From contig JANRJA010000065.1 of the NCBI GenBank assembly GCA_033764315.1, forward strand, positions 21,794 to 85,793: a stretch of DNA of 64,000 bases. The letters run 5' to 3'. The position numbers and the translations under genes were made by a program. Below are positions 48,616-59,349 of this stretch, piece by piece. Under the pieces are notes generated by a model. It made no database searches, was not told the DNA's origin, and worked only from the letters and a program-made list of their open reading frames with translations. The stretch is from Oculatellaceae cyanobacterium bins.114 (GTDB lineage Bacteria > Cyanobacteriota > Cyanobacteriia > Elainellales > Elainellaceae). Every line of letters starts with the position of its first letter. Position 1 is the first letter of the stretch.

Positions 48616-51600
48616 TTATCGCAAAGCTGTGTTGAGCACATACGCACGTACCACATTGCCAGATGAAGATAACTCTTCAGCTTGATTATTAAATTGTGTT
48701 CTAGCTTCAGGTAGTGTCATCCTGGGTACTTGGTTTCTTCTTGAATCGTTGTTGTCCCACTGCTGACAGGTAAACCATCCAACTAAATACAATCCATACG
48801 GGCAAGCATTATCTGCTAAGTAGCGTTCAACAAGTTGAGTTTGCATTGCGGTTTGAACTTCACTATGCCAACAACCTTTGATTTCGATAATGGCAGTTAT
48901 CGAATCGTACGCTTCACCGTTTGGGTGTTTTAGAACAGCATCGACATGAATATCTGTCCGTTCTCCTGAATTACCTCCGTAACTACGCCTTAATTCCACT
49001 TCGCGATTAACAATAATTCCTCGTGATTTTAGATCTCTATCAAGAAATCGCTTCACATAATCTGAAAATGCATTTTCATCTAAGGGTCTAAAAGAGTTCT
49101 TGCCTGACTTATCCCATAAATCTCTGACAGCAGGAGTTTCCCCTTGAATCTCCAACTCAAGATGCTCAAGAGATTCAATTAGCACTTCAAGTAGATGTTG
49201 ACCATTTTGAACAAGTCGTTTGTCTTTATTAAGAACAAACTGAAGAAATTCTTCTGGTGTTTGAGGTTGCCAAGTTTTACGGCGCATATTTGCCTGAGCA
49301 TCAATCAACGTTCTTCCAAGCCAAACAAGATTTGGTAATTCTTGAATAAGACGTTGAATTTCAGTACATGCTTGTAGAGTTCCTTTCTGCTTCAATTGCG
49401 ATAAGACGCTGTCCCTCATTCTAGCTATACAATCTCTAGCTGTTACATCGTAGGCAAGCACCTCATTACTGTGATCGAGATCTTCTTCGTAAGGATATTG
49501 GTGTACTAGCCAAACATATAAGTCAGCTAATTGTTTTTCAGTCAGATTCAACTGAATCCAGTGGGAATAACGGTAGGAAGCCGATTCAAGAACTTCACGC
49601 CCAAATGACGTATCTTCTTGAATCAATGACCAGATAAGTGACCAACTACATGGATCTGAGTTCTCAAGCAATAATCTAAAAGCAATCAAAACTTTTTTAC
49701 GCTCACTGTCAACCAATGGCAATGGATAAGAAATTAGGGATTTGGTAAAATCTTTAGCTTCAGATGATTCTTTCTTCAACAGTGTTTCGAGTAGCTGCCC
49801 AACACAATTAGGTTTTAGTTCAGAACTTTTAACTTTTTCTAGCAAGACTAAGTTTAGTTTTTTATCCCAACATCTCTCAAAGCGGTTAATCACAGATATA
49901 TGGCTGTGCTGCTGGTTCTCTTTGTCAATGAGTTCTATTAACGTTCTAATAGATTCTTCGGGAGCATTTAGATAAATACACCTGACTAATTTTAAATAAG
50001 AAGCTTTATGTTGATTACTATTGGAAGCAGCAACAACGACAGGTGCCCAAATTTTCCATTTTTCAGATGGAAGATTTTCTAAGAAATCACAACTTTTCTT
50101 TAGAAGTAGCTGTAAGGCTCTACAACCTGCCAGTGCAGCTCTATTGAAGGTGTTTGTTCTTATCCAGTCATAACCTATATGATCTTGTTGCTGAATATAC
50201 CTCTTCGCGCCTTCAATAATTCTTTCTTGAGTAGCCTCATCTGCTTCTTGCCATCCAGGAAGTTGAGTGAGGTCTAATTCAAATTCGTTATCATAACGTT
50301 GACTTCTGGGTTTGAGAACCATTTCCATATTAAGCTGCCACCATGCAGACAAATCTCCAGCTTCTAACTTTTCTAAAAGCTGAAGAACTCTTTCTTTTGG
50401 TAGGGGATCTAATAAGGGAGGATTTTGCCTACAATTCTGCATTTCTTGTATTTTGAGATAATCAGCTTTCAATTTATTAGCTTTAGCTGAATCTAGCTCA
50501 ATAGGTGTAAAGTAAGGTGCAAAGATTTCTTGCAAAATACCATTAGTCTGTGCAGCTACGATAACTGCATCTATTTGCTTTATATCCTGACGATTAAAGT
50601 TCCATTGAATCAGTTGAGCCCAAAATTTCTGAACCTTCTCACGATTAGAAGTTTGAAGTTTTTCAAGCAGCCAAAAAATATCTTCTGAAACTAAAATTTT
50701 TTCTGTTAGGGAGCTTAATAGAAAGTCCGAGTCTTCCTCTGTTCTTAAAACACTCAAAACTGCTTGCTCAATCAAGGTATGGCGTTTTCTACTATCGTGT
50801 AAAAGCGATGAAGCAAATTGCTCTTGTAGCTTACTATCATGAGTAATGATTCTCTGATGCTCCCTCCACTGGACTAGAGCTACTTGAGTGAAATGTTCTG
50901 CTACTCCAGGTAAATCAAAGTTTTCCCATGCTTTAAGAAGAATCGCATCTCCAAGCTCCTCAAATGGATGTCCAAAGCATCTAACACCTTGAGGGTTAAG
51001 CCAATTAAGGGCAACTATTAAATCATGTGATTGAAGTTGTGGAACAATCTTATAATTGAGGAAAAATCGATATCCTCCAAAAAATTTTCTCCTCTTAGGT
51101 GGAGTTAAATTTTGAAACAGTTCCTCGGCTGTCAAACAGTCTGACCAAAGTGCCTGAAGAGCATATCCTTTAAGTTCATCATCCTCATCCTCTGGTAATT
51201 GTTCAATTGCAAGAGGCTTTAGCTTTAATCTTGTACTTGCATCACCAACTGAACAAATTGCTTTGGCTGCGCTCACTCTCAAATAAATTGACTGTGTTGA
51301 GTCAAGAGTGAGTTGGGCTAACTCATCCTGAAGCTCAGAAACTTCACAGACTTCGGCAATATCGATCGCCAGATCTCGTGCATCCTCCTGCTTGTTTGAA
51401 TTGCAGATATAAGGACGTAATTGCTCAACTAATCCAGGGTGCTTAAGCTTCGCGTAGTACCGATAGTTATTTCTATCCCGGTCAAACAGTTTCCCTTCCT
51501 CATACTGTGTCAATAAGTTATCGACAATTGATGATCTAATCTCTGGATCAGTCGGCACATCAGTTTGTAACAGCACATCTGGATCAGTTTTGATGATCTC

Positions 51601-52845
51601 TTGAAGAACATCTAATCTCATGCTAGCCAGCCATGCAGCCGTTTCATGAAGTTGAGGAATCAGCTTATGGTCTGGATCTTCGGATGAAAAGAGTAATTTT
51701 GTTATCTTTTCTAAAGGTATGTTGTGTTGCTTCAAATACCAGGAAGCTAGAAATTCAGCGTAGGTTCTGTGACTAAAATCTATTCGTTGATTGCATTCCT
51801 GGTCAGAAAATAAGCCTGTTACTTTAAAGACTTCTCTTATGTAATCTTCTTCTAAATCAAACGCTTGGTTATCAGCCTGTTCTTGACCTATACACAGATC
51901 TTGAATTGAAATATCAGAGCCATTCGCTTTTCCGTGTTCTGGGCTTGTCCAAACAGCAGATCGCCTACAAAATATCATTACAGCAGCAATTCGACCTGCT
52001 ATAAGTATCCTTTTCTTGGACGATAGTTTGCCTTTCTCTCCTGCTTCACGACGATCTGAGTTTAATTCCTCACAAAGTTGTAGACATCCCTTTTTGTATA
52101 ACTCAATTTGAGAGGATGGCAACTTCCCTTCCTCGATATAAATATCTATAAGAAACTGAAGCGTAATAGGTTTAATAGCAAGAGGCACTGCATTCCTATC
52201 AGATATTGCTCGCAAGAAATGATCAACATCAATAATGTTGCTTTTGCTTGCAGCTTCAATCACATCTTGACGACGTAGAGGTGCTAATGTGTAAACTCTA
52301 ACGCTATCTTTTCCCCATTTTTCTATCAGTTTCTCCTCTAAACTAGACGCCCATTCTGCGGTTCGGCAGGTGAGCCTAAAATAAAGGCGATCGCAGGGTA
52401 AATTATTGATTTCACGCTTTAGAATTCTGACCAAAATTTTGATTGAAAGTAACCCTTCGTCCAAGCTATCTAGGAACAAGTACAGTTTATGAGTTCCTGA
52501 AAGCCATTCCTGAAAAGCATTACTCCGGAAGATTGCAGTGCATAGGTCTGTATCTGAGCCATAATCACCCAATCTAAACAAAGGTAAGCAGACATCCTCT
52601 AAATTCTTAGTTTGTTCACAAACTTGTTTATGAGCAGCCTCTATAGCTGTTGTCTTGCCCATACCTGCCTCACCTAGAAGAACTAAGCATGGAACATCGG
52701 CGATCGCCTCTAAACTAACCAAATCTGGATTATACGTCTTGCCCAATTCTGCGTCTGGATCAGAGAGATAGCCACCATCAGCCAGGTTTATATTGCCTGA
52801 CCGAGGGCACCAAAACCGCTTCCATTGGTAATCCTGTTTCGACAT
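48616..52845 (-). CDS. NACHT/STAND NTPase with HEAT-like repeats and C-terminal PD-(D/E)xK-like nuclease
   Basis: Walker A GEAGMGKT, Walker B LFLDSLDE, LTCR, FSHRTYAEFLA; C-terminal ERTDIHV...IIEIKG; likely start MSKQDY. Confidence 0.8.
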   Translation of the reverse strand: MSKQDYQWKRFWCPRSGNINLADGGYLSDPDAELGKTYNPDLVSLEAIADVPCLVLLGEAGMGKTTAIEAAHKQVCEQTKNLEDVCLPLFRLGDYGSDTDLCTAIFRSNAFQEWLSGTHKLYLFLDSLDEGLLSIKILVRILKREINNLPCDRLYFRLTCRTAEWASSLEEKLIEKWGKDSVRVYTLAPLRRQDVIEAASKSNIIDVDHFLRAISDRNAVPLAIKPITLQFLIDIYIEEGKLPSSQIELYKKGCLQLCEELNSDRREAGEKGKLSSKKRILIAGRIAAVMIFCRRSAVWTSPEHGKANGSDISIQDLCIGQEQADNQAFDLEEDYIREVFKVTGLFSDQECNQRIDFSHRTYAEFLASWYLKQHNIPLEKITKLLFSSEDPDHKLIPQLHETAAWLASMRLDVLQEIIKTDPDVLLQTDVPTDPEIRSSIVDNLLTQYEEGKLFDRDRNNYRYYAKLKHPGLVEQLRPYICNSNKQEDARDLAIDIAEVCEVSELQDELAQLTLDSTQSIYLRVSAAKAICSVGDASTRLKLKPLAIEQLPEDEDDELKGYALQALWSDCLTAEELFQNLTPPKRRKFFGGYRFFLNYKIVPQLQSHDLIVALNWLNPQGVRCFGHPFEELGDAILLKAWENFDLPGVAEHFTQVALVQWREHQRIITHDSKLQEQFASSLLHDSRKRHTLIEQAVLSVLRTEEDSDFLLSSLTEKILVSEDIFWLLEKLQTSNREKVQKFWAQLIQWNFNRQDIKQIDAVIVAAQTNGILQEIFAPYFTPIELDSAKANKLKADYLKIQEMQNCRQNPPLLDPLPKERVLQLLEKLEAGDLSAWWQLNMEMVLKPRSQRYDNEFELDLTQLPGWQEADEATQERIIEGAKRYIQQQDHIGYDWIRTNTFNRAALAGCRALQLLLKKSCDFLENLPSEKWKIWAPVVVAASNSNQHKASYLKLVRCIYLNAPEESIRTLIELIDKENQQHSHISVINRFERCWDKKLNLVLLEKVKSSELKPNCVGQLLETLLKKESSEAKDFTKSLISYPLPLVDSERKKVLIAFRLLLENSDPCSWSLIWSLIQEDTSFGREVLESASYRYSHWIQLNLTEKQLADLYVWLVHQYPYEEDLDHSNEVLAYDVTARDCIARMRDSVLSQLKQKGTLQACTEIQRLIQELPNLVWLGRTLIDAQANMRRKTWQPQTPEEFLQFVLNKDKRLVQNGQHLLEVLIESLEHLELEIQGETPAVRDLWDKSGKNSFRPLDENAFSDYVKRFLDRDLKSRGIIVNREVELRRSYGGNSGERTDIHVDAVLKHPNGEAYDSITAIIEIKGCWHSEVQTAMQTQLVERYLADNACPYGLYLVGWFTCQQWDNNDSRRNQVPRMTLPEARTQFNNQAEELSSSGNVVRAYVLNTALR

Positions 52846-53192
52846 GTCCCAATAGCTACAGAGGCAGAATTCTCTCTCAAGGATAACTTCTACAAAAAAG
52901 TCTTGATAGATTGCCTCTTGTCTCAAGAGATACTTATTTGAGTCAATCTCAACCAGGAGTTGCCTCCTTCTCCCTGGCAATGACACAATGTTGGCAGGTA
53001 TTAGAATGACACGGTTCGGTGTGGATCGATCGTAGCCTGTGCAATTTCCGGTCAATTTGTTTATCGTGGACTGTAGTTACACCAGAGCTGCGATGTACTA
53101 CAGAAGTAATGGGTGCTCCGTTGTTCGTTGGCTAGTGTGTTTCATTCATCTACCCAATCGTGGGCTGTTACTGAACTCCTTCATATACAACC

Positions 53193-55721
53193 ATGACCCC
53201 CTCCTCCAATAGCATGTTGGCGACTCTCTCACTGGGCGATCGCAGAAGTGACCTAACGCATCGCGTTCAAGATTTGCCAGTTCCCCAGTTTGTTAGTCTG
53301 CTCGATCAGATTACACGAGAGTTTGAGCATTTTCTCCGGGCGATCGAAATGATCAACAACGAAGCCCTGGAGACGATGCTGGAGCAAATCTTGCAGGCGT
53401 TTACTTTAAAGATTGGTCAGATTTTACAAGCCGATCGCACGACGATTTTTTTAGTGGATGAAGAGAAAGAACTGCTCTGGTCTAAGGTGGCTCAAGGCGA
53501 AGGAGAAAAGCAGGTTGAGATTCGCCTACCCATGACGATGGGCATTGCCGGACATGTCGCTACGACAGGGGAATATCTCAATATTCCTGATGCCTACAGC
53601 CATGAGTTGTTTAACCCAGATGTTGATGTAGAAACGGGATATCACACACACAACATCCTTTGTATGCCCATTTTTAGTACTAAAAATCGGGTTGTTGCCG
53701 TGGTGCAACTGCTTAACAAAGCTGGGGGGCTACCTTTTGATGAAGAGGATGAGCAGCAGTTTCGAGAATTTGCCAACTCGATGGGTATCATTCTCGAAAG
53801 TTGTAATTCCTTTTATGTTGCCGCTCGTAACCAGCGAGGCGTGGCAGCTTTGTTGAAAGCAACCTCCTGTCTGGCGCAAAGTCTTAATCTTGAACAAACC
53901 CTGCGCTTGGTGATGGATGAAGCTCGCAACTTGATGCAAGCCGATCGCAGCACTCTGTTTTTGCGTGACCGTGAGAGGCATGAACTCTGGTCTAAGGTCG
54001 CTGCTGCCGATGGCACCCCAATGGAAATTCGGATTCCCGCTGATAAGGGCATTGCTGGATTTGTTGCCTCGACTGGGCAAATCCTGAATATTCCCAATGC
54101 TTACGAAGACCCACGCTTTGACCCCAACACCGACAAGCGTACCGGATACAATACCCGCAATATTCTGTGTATGCCCGTGTATAACTCTGCTGGAACGTTG
54201 ATTGGGGTGACTCAGCTCATCAACAAATATCAAGGCAGTTTCACTAGCTCTGATGAAGAGTTTATGCGGGCGTTTAACATTCAAGCCGGGATTGCCTTGG
54301 AGAATGCCCAGTTATTTGAAAGCGTGCTGCTGGAAAAGCAGTATCAGAAGGATATTCTGCAAAGCTTGTCGGATGCTGTGATTTCAACTGATATGCAGGG
54401 GCAAATTGTCACCATTAATGATGCCGCGTTGGAACTATTGGGTTGCTCAATGCCTAGAGAAGGGGGGCGAGAACAAGCTGAGTTTTGGACGCAGCAGTTA
54501 ATTGGGCGCAAAGTGTGGGATGTCGTGCCCGTCGAGAACTTGCAATTTCGGCTAGAAGACAGCCTCAACTTAGCAGCAAAGCATTACGTTCCTGAGCAGA
54601 GCTTGACGATTGGGCTGTATCGTCCTAACCCTGATAGTACCGAGTGTAGTCTGGCTGTGAGCGATCGCACCCAGCCCAATCGCTACATCTTGTGGAATGA
54701 CAGTAAAAATCCTGTGCTGGTTGATGCAAGCGACGTGCGGGAGATGGAACGCAGCATTAATCTGACGGTAAACCCGTTGACCAACCCCGAAGGCGGAGTG
54801 CGGGGGGGATTGGTAGTGCTGGAGGATATCAGCCAAGAAAAACGGATGAAAACCACCATGTATCGCTATATGACTCCGGGGGTGGCTGAGCGAGTCATGG
54901 CACTGGGCGAAGATGCCCTAATGGTGGGCGAACGTAAAGAAGTCACCATTTTGTTCTCTGATATTCGTGGGTACACGGCTCTGACCGAGCGGATGGAAGC
55001 GGCTCAAGTGGTGGCATTGCTAAATGATTATTTTGAGACGATGGTAGAGGCAGTCTTTACCTATGAGGGCACGCTCGACAAGTTTATCGGTGATGCTTTA
55101 ATGGCGGTATTTGGTGCACCTCTGCCGCTCGAAAATCATGGTTGGATGGCGGTACAATCAGCACTGGATATGCGACAACGGTTAGTGGAGTTTAACCGCG
55201 ATCGCGGCACCCCCGACAAACCCATTATTCGCATTGGGATTGGGATTAGCTCTGGAGAGGTGGTTTCTGGCAATATTGGCTCCCAAAAACGGATGGATTA
55301 TACCGTGATTGGCGATGGGGTCGATATCAGCTCTCGCTTAGAGGGTGTCACTAAAGAATATGGCTGTGACATCATTTTGAGTGAGTACACCTATCAGTTT
55401 TGCCGCGATCGCGTTTGGGTGCGAGAACTTGATCGCATTCGGGTTAAAGGCAAGATGAAACCCATCAGTGTTTATGAACTAGTGGGCGATCGCCAGACTC
55501 TATTAGACGCTGATACTCATGAGTTTCTGGACTTCTATGCGGCTGGACGCGCCGCCTACAGCGAAACAGACTTCCACAAAGCGGTTCACTATTTTGAAAA
55601 AGCACAGCGGATTCGGACTAATGACCAGGCGATCGCCGTTCACCTGGAGCGATCGCACAAATACTTACAAACTCCACCCCCTGCTAATTGGGATGGAGTC
55701 TACACGATGACCACAAAGTAA
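53193..55721 (+). CDS. cyaB: GAF-GAF-PAS class III adenylate cyclase (CyaB-type)
   Basis: Two GAFs with NK...F...DE motifs, PAS, LFSDIRGYT, DKFIGDALMA, DYTVIGD, TPR-like tail. Confidence 0.9.
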   Translation: MTPSSNSMLATLSLGDRRSDLTHRVQDLPVPQFVSLLDQITREFEHFLRAIEMINNEALETMLEQILQAFTLKIGQILQADRTTIFLVDEEKELLWSKVAQGEGEKQVEIRLPMTMGIAGHVATTGEYLNIPDAYSHELFNPDVDVETGYHTHNILCMPIFSTKNRVVAVVQLLNKAGGLPFDEEDEQQFREFANSMGIILESCNSFYVAARNQRGVAALLKATSCLAQSLNLEQTLRLVMDEARNLMQADRSTLFLRDRERHELWSKVAAADGTPMEIRIPADKGIAGFVASTGQILNIPNAYEDPRFDPNTDKRTGYNTRNILCMPVYNSAGTLIGVTQLINKYQGSFTSSDEEFMRAFNIQAGIALENAQLFESVLLEKQYQKDILQSLSDAVISTDMQGQIVTINDAALELLGCSMPREGGREQAEFWTQQLIGRKVWDVVPVENLQFRLEDSLNLAAKHYVPEQSLTIGLYRPNPDSTECSLAVSDRTQPNRYILWNDSKNPVLVDASDVREMERSINLTVNPLTNPEGGVRGGLVVLEDISQEKRMKTTMYRYMTPGVAERVMALGEDALMVGERKEVTILFSDIRGYTALTERMEAAQVVALLNDYFETMVEAVFTYEGTLDKFIGDALMAVFGAPLPLENHGWMAVQSALDMRQRLVEFNRDRGTPDKPIIRIGIGISSGEVVSGNIGSQKRMDYTVIGDGVDISSRLEGVTKEYGCDIILSEYTYQFCRDRVWVRELDRIRVKGKMKPISVYELVGDRQTLLDADTHEFLDFYAAGRAAYSETDFHKAVHYFEKAQRIRTNDQAIAVHLERSHKYLQTPPPANWDGVYTMTTK

Positions 55722-55781
55722 TGATCACAAAGTCAAAGTGTAAGTAGTGCTAAACAGCTCAATACCACCAACCCTCTACAG

Positions 55782-56621
55782 CTAATCAACTGCATCTGGA
55801 TCAACTCCTAGCGATCGCAATCGTTCAGCCAATTGGTCTGCTCGCTGTTGCGCCTGTTGCCGTTGTTGCCGTTCCTGTTCTGCTTGCTGCTGTGCCTGTT
55901 GCCGCTGCTGTCGTTCCTGCTCAACCTGCTCCGCTTCCGTCGGAATCCAGTTGCCCTCAGCATCATACCAGCGCAACCACTGGCGAGTGATGCCGCGTTG
56001 TTCACCGTGCCATAGCCCTAAACCCAAATTGAGCATCGGCATCCAAATCCGGGGTTCTGGCAAATCGAGTTCCTGATATTGACCTGCAACCAGCGTGAAA
56101 GCTTGCAATCGGTCGGTATATCGGTTGAATACCACATAGTAGGGCACCCGCAAGATCTGCTCGTAGACGTCCCATTTGGTCGGCGGACGAGAGTTCGTTT
56201 CTCGTTCAGTTCTACCTAAATCTTCGTCCTCTGTACCCGGAGAGAGGAGTTCCACAACTACGGTAGGACTGACCCCTTCTTGCCACATTACATAGCTGAG
56301 GCGCAAGTCTTGCTGATCATACAGACGGGGAATACCCACCACGGCAAACCAATCAGGGCGTTTGTGCCACAACGGGTGACGCACGTCATAGTAGATGTTT
56401 AAATCTCCGGCGGTAAAAACCTCATCAGTGGCATAGTCACTCAGCCGAAACGTTGCGCTGAGGAGCTGTGGTTGCAGGTAGTGATATTCGTCAGGCAAAC
56501 CAGGTTCGTTGGGATCTTCACTGGGAAGATCATACATGGTTGGCAGCGTTTCTCTGGGCGATCGCGGGGGATCAGTCTGTTCAACGTAGGGTTTTGCTGA
56601 AAACATAGGAGAACTCACCAC
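55782..56621 (-). CDS. Uma2 family protein with Gln-rich coiled tail
   Basis: LPTMYDLPSE, KRPDWF, VVELLSPGT, EQERQQRQQAQQ x2. Confidence 0.88.
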   Translation of the reverse strand: MVSSPMFSAKPYVEQTDPPRSPRETLPTMYDLPSEDPNEPGLPDEYHYLQPQLLSATFRLSDYATDEVFTAGDLNIYYDVRHPLWHKRPDWFAVVGIPRLYDQQDLRLSYVMWQEGVSPTVVVELLSPGTEDEDLGRTERETNSRPPTKWDVYEQILRVPYYVVFNRYTDRLQAFTLVAGQYQELDLPEPRIWMPMLNLGLGLWHGEQRGITRQWLRWYDAEGNWIPTEAEQVEQERQQRQQAQQQAEQERQQRQQAQQRADQLAERLRSLGVDPDAVD

Positions 56622-56714
56622 AACGTTTTTTATACTCTATCGCTCTTGTGAGATCCCCGGCTTCTAATGTCAAACATCCACAAACGGGAAGGGGTTTACA
56701 CAGAAGCCGAGGAT

Positions 56715-58331
56715 CTATCCTCCTGCTAACACCTTCTCCTCTGACTGCATAATGCTTAAATGACGATAGAGCCGATTTAGCGCATTCATGTAAGCATAGG
56801 CAGAAGCAACAATGATGTCAGTGTCGGAAGCTTGCCCCCAAAAGGTGCGATCGCCCTGACGCACTCGCACGGTTACCACTCCAAGGGCATCAATTCCCCC
56901 TGTCACCGCTTGCACTGAGAACTCTTCTAATTCATTCGGCACTTGTGCCAATCGATTGATTGCCCGATAAACAGCATCTACGGGACCCGTTCCCACAGCG
57001 GCATCCGTTTGGATGTCGCCACCCGGCATGACCAGCGTGATGGTTGCCGTGGGACAAGTGCAATCGCCACACGTGACTTGCACATGCTCAAGCTGAAAGC
57101 CGTTCTCGATTTGAATTTGTGTCTCATCCCGCACGATCGCCTCCAGATCCCAATCGGAGATCTCCTTCTTCTTGTCAGCGATTTCCTTAAAACGGTGAAA
57201 CGCGCGATTCAAGTCGTCTTCGCTCAACTCAAATCCCAATTCTTGCAGGCGAGTGCGAAAGGCATTGCGTCCAGAGTGCTTGCCCAACACAATCTGATTT
57301 TCAGCCAAACCAATGGAGGCAGCATCCATAATTTCATAGGTTTCGCGGTGCTTTAATACCCCATCCTGGTGAATTCCCGATTCGTGAGCAAAGGCATTAC
57401 TGCCCACGATCGCCTTATTGGGTTGCACCAACATGCCCGTCAATTGAGACACCATCCGCGATGCTTTATAGATCTCCTGCGTATTGATGTTTGTAATCGG
57501 AGCCTCTGACTCTTCTGCTCTTCCTAAATAAGAGTTGAAGTAAGCCCGACGCACCTCCAACGCCATCACAATCTCCTCTAGAGCCGTATTGCCTGCCCGC
57601 TCACCAATGCCGTTAATGGTGCATTCCACCTGCCGTGCCCCATGCTCGATCGCTGCCAAAGCGTTGGCGGTCGCCAGCCCCAGATCATTTTGGGTGTGAA
57701 CTGAGAGAATCACCTGATCGATATTGGGCACATTTTGCCGAATGCCATCAAACAATGCTCCTACTTCTTTAGGTGTGCGATACCCAACCGTATCAGGGAT
57801 ATTGATGGTCGTGGCTCCAGCGGCGATCGCTCGTTCCAGCACTTGATAGAGATAGGGTAAATCTGAGCGGGTGGCATCCATTGGCGAGAACTCAACATCA
57901 TCCACAAAGCTTTTGGCATAGGCCACCATTTCTTCAACGATCGCCAACACCTCATCCCGCGACTTGCGCAACTGGTAGTTGAGGTGAATGTCTGACGTTG
58001 AGATAAACACGTGAATCCGAGAACGTGCTGCTGGTTTCAATGCCTCAGCTGCCGCTTGAATATCTTGGCGCACAGCACGTGCCAAGCTGCAAATGATCGG
58101 CCCATCGGGTTTACCGACTGTTTCGGCAATGATCCGAACGGCTTCAAAATCACCAGGACTCGACACCGCAAACCCTGCCTCAATCACGTTTACTCCTAGA
58201 AGGGCTAGCTGTTGGGCGATCGCCAGTTTTTCTTCCACGTTTAGGGTTGCTCCGGGTGACTGTTCACCGTCGCGCAATGTGGTGTCAAAAATAATGATCT
58301 GATCGGGTTGGGATCGAATACCCATAGCCAT
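56715..58331 (-). CDS. leuA: 2-isopropylmalate synthase
   Basis: [53 protein letters not shown]. Confidence 0.93.
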   Translation of the reverse strand: MAMGIRSQPDQIIIFDTTLRDGEQSPGATLNVEEKLAIAQQLALLGVNVIEAGFAVSSPGDFEAVRIIAETVGKPDGPIICSLARAVRQDIQAAAEALKPAARSRIHVFISTSDIHLNYQLRKSRDEVLAIVEEMVAYAKSFVDDVEFSPMDATRSDLPYLYQVLERAIAAGATTINIPDTVGYRTPKEVGALFDGIRQNVPNIDQVILSVHTQNDLGLATANALAAIEHGARQVECTINGIGERAGNTALEEIVMALEVRRAYFNSYLGRAEESEAPITNINTQEIYKASRMVSQLTGMLVQPNKAIVGSNAFAHESGIHQDGVLKHRETYEIMDAASIGLAENQIVLGKHSGRNAFRTRLQELGFELSEDDLNRAFHRFKEIADKKKEISDWDLEAIVRDETQIQIENGFQLEHVQVTCGDCTCPTATITLVMPGGDIQTDAAVGTGPVDAVYRAINRLAQVPNELEEFSVQAVTGGIDALGVVTVRVRQGDRTFWGQASDTDIIVASAYAYMNALNRLYRHLSIMQSEEKVLAGG

Positions 58332-58353
58332 CTCCTAAAGAAAATGCATTCAC

Positions 58354-58396
58354 TATTGGATATTGTATACGATTTTTTTGTATACAATATCCAATA
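58354..58396. promoter_or_regulatory. Probable GntR operator: perfect 17-bp inverted repeat
   Basis: TATTGGATATTGTATAC-N9-GTATACAATATCCAATA between divergent leuA and gntR. Confidence 0.72.
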
Positions 58397-59073
58397 TGAA
58401 CTTAAATGATCTAGCTGCCGATGTGTTGCAACAGCAACGCAGTACCCCTGACCTGATTGCCAATGCGTTGCGGCAAGCAATTACCCACGGCATTTTTGCC
58501 GAAGGGCAATCCCTCCGACAAGATGAAATTGCGTCTAAATTTGGGGTTAGTCGTATTCCGGTGCGAGAGGCACTGCGTCAATTAGAGGCGGAGGGGTTAG
58601 TCACCTTTCATCCTAATCGAGGGGCAACAGTGACAACCTTAACCCCTGCTGAGGTTCAAGAAATTTTTGAGATCCGAGTTGCGTTAGAAACGACCGCCTT
58701 AAAGCTTGCCATCTCCCATCTCACTGAACCCATTCTGCATCAAGCAAACACGATTTTAGTCGCGACCGATCAGGTCACTGATGTAGCGCGATGGGCAGAA
58801 CTCAATTGGCAGTTTCATGAAACTCTCTACGCCCCAGCACAACGACCTCGACTGCTCACTCTCATTAAAACGCTACACATCAATGGCGATCGCTATGTGC
58901 GACTCCAACTCGCTAATAATAACTATCTAGAATTTTCTCAAAAAGAACACTATCAACTGCTAGCAGCGTGCCAACACCAAAATGTAGAAGAGGCGATCGC
59001 GATTCTGCAACATCACATCACTACGGCAGGCGATCGCTTAGTGGCTTATCTAAAAAATAACACTCGACCATAA
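58396..59073 (+). CDS. GntR family regulator (FCD domain)
   Basis: FGVSRIPVREALRQLEAEGLV, EIFEIR..LE, N.QFH, EH. Confidence 0.92.
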   Translation: MNLNDLAADVLQQQRSTPDLIANALRQAITHGIFAEGQSLRQDEIASKFGVSRIPVREALRQLEAEGLVTFHPNRGATVTTLTPAEVQEIFEIRVALETTALKLAISHLTEPILHQANTILVATDQVTDVARWAELNWQFHETLYAPAQRPRLLTLIKTLHINGDRYVRLQLANNNYLEFSQKEHYQLLAACQHQNVEEAIAILQHHITTAGDRLVAYLKNNTRP

Positions 59074-59239
59074 TCCCATTCCCTATTCCCGTTCAGACGT
59101 TTGGTAAAACTCAGACGTTCAGCAAACCTCAGTCAAGCCACAAATACTCACGCTTCATCTCTTCAAATTGAATTTCTGGCGTTGTTGAATCTAGCGTCCA
59201 ATTTCTGAAACCCTCGCAAAAAGCTCATATTGCGCTGTT

Positions 59240-59255
59240 TGTAAGAGAAATTACA
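59240..59255. promoter_or_regulatory. Candidate NtcA box
   Basis: TGTA-AGAGAAAT-TACA matches GTA-N8-TAC, about 95 nt upstream of pfkA. Confidence 0.5.
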
Positions 59256-59349
59256 AACAGTTAACGGTGTATTGCATTCGGCTAAGCAACGCCATATTGA
59301 TTACCGCTTTTGTATAAAATGAGCCAAACCCAGCAAGGTATTGAGAAAT

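Noticed and set aside
52846..53055. N-terminal 70 aa of the NACHT ORF
   Set aside because: Non-ATG start lying in the divergent promoter region; ATG 52845 is more plausible.
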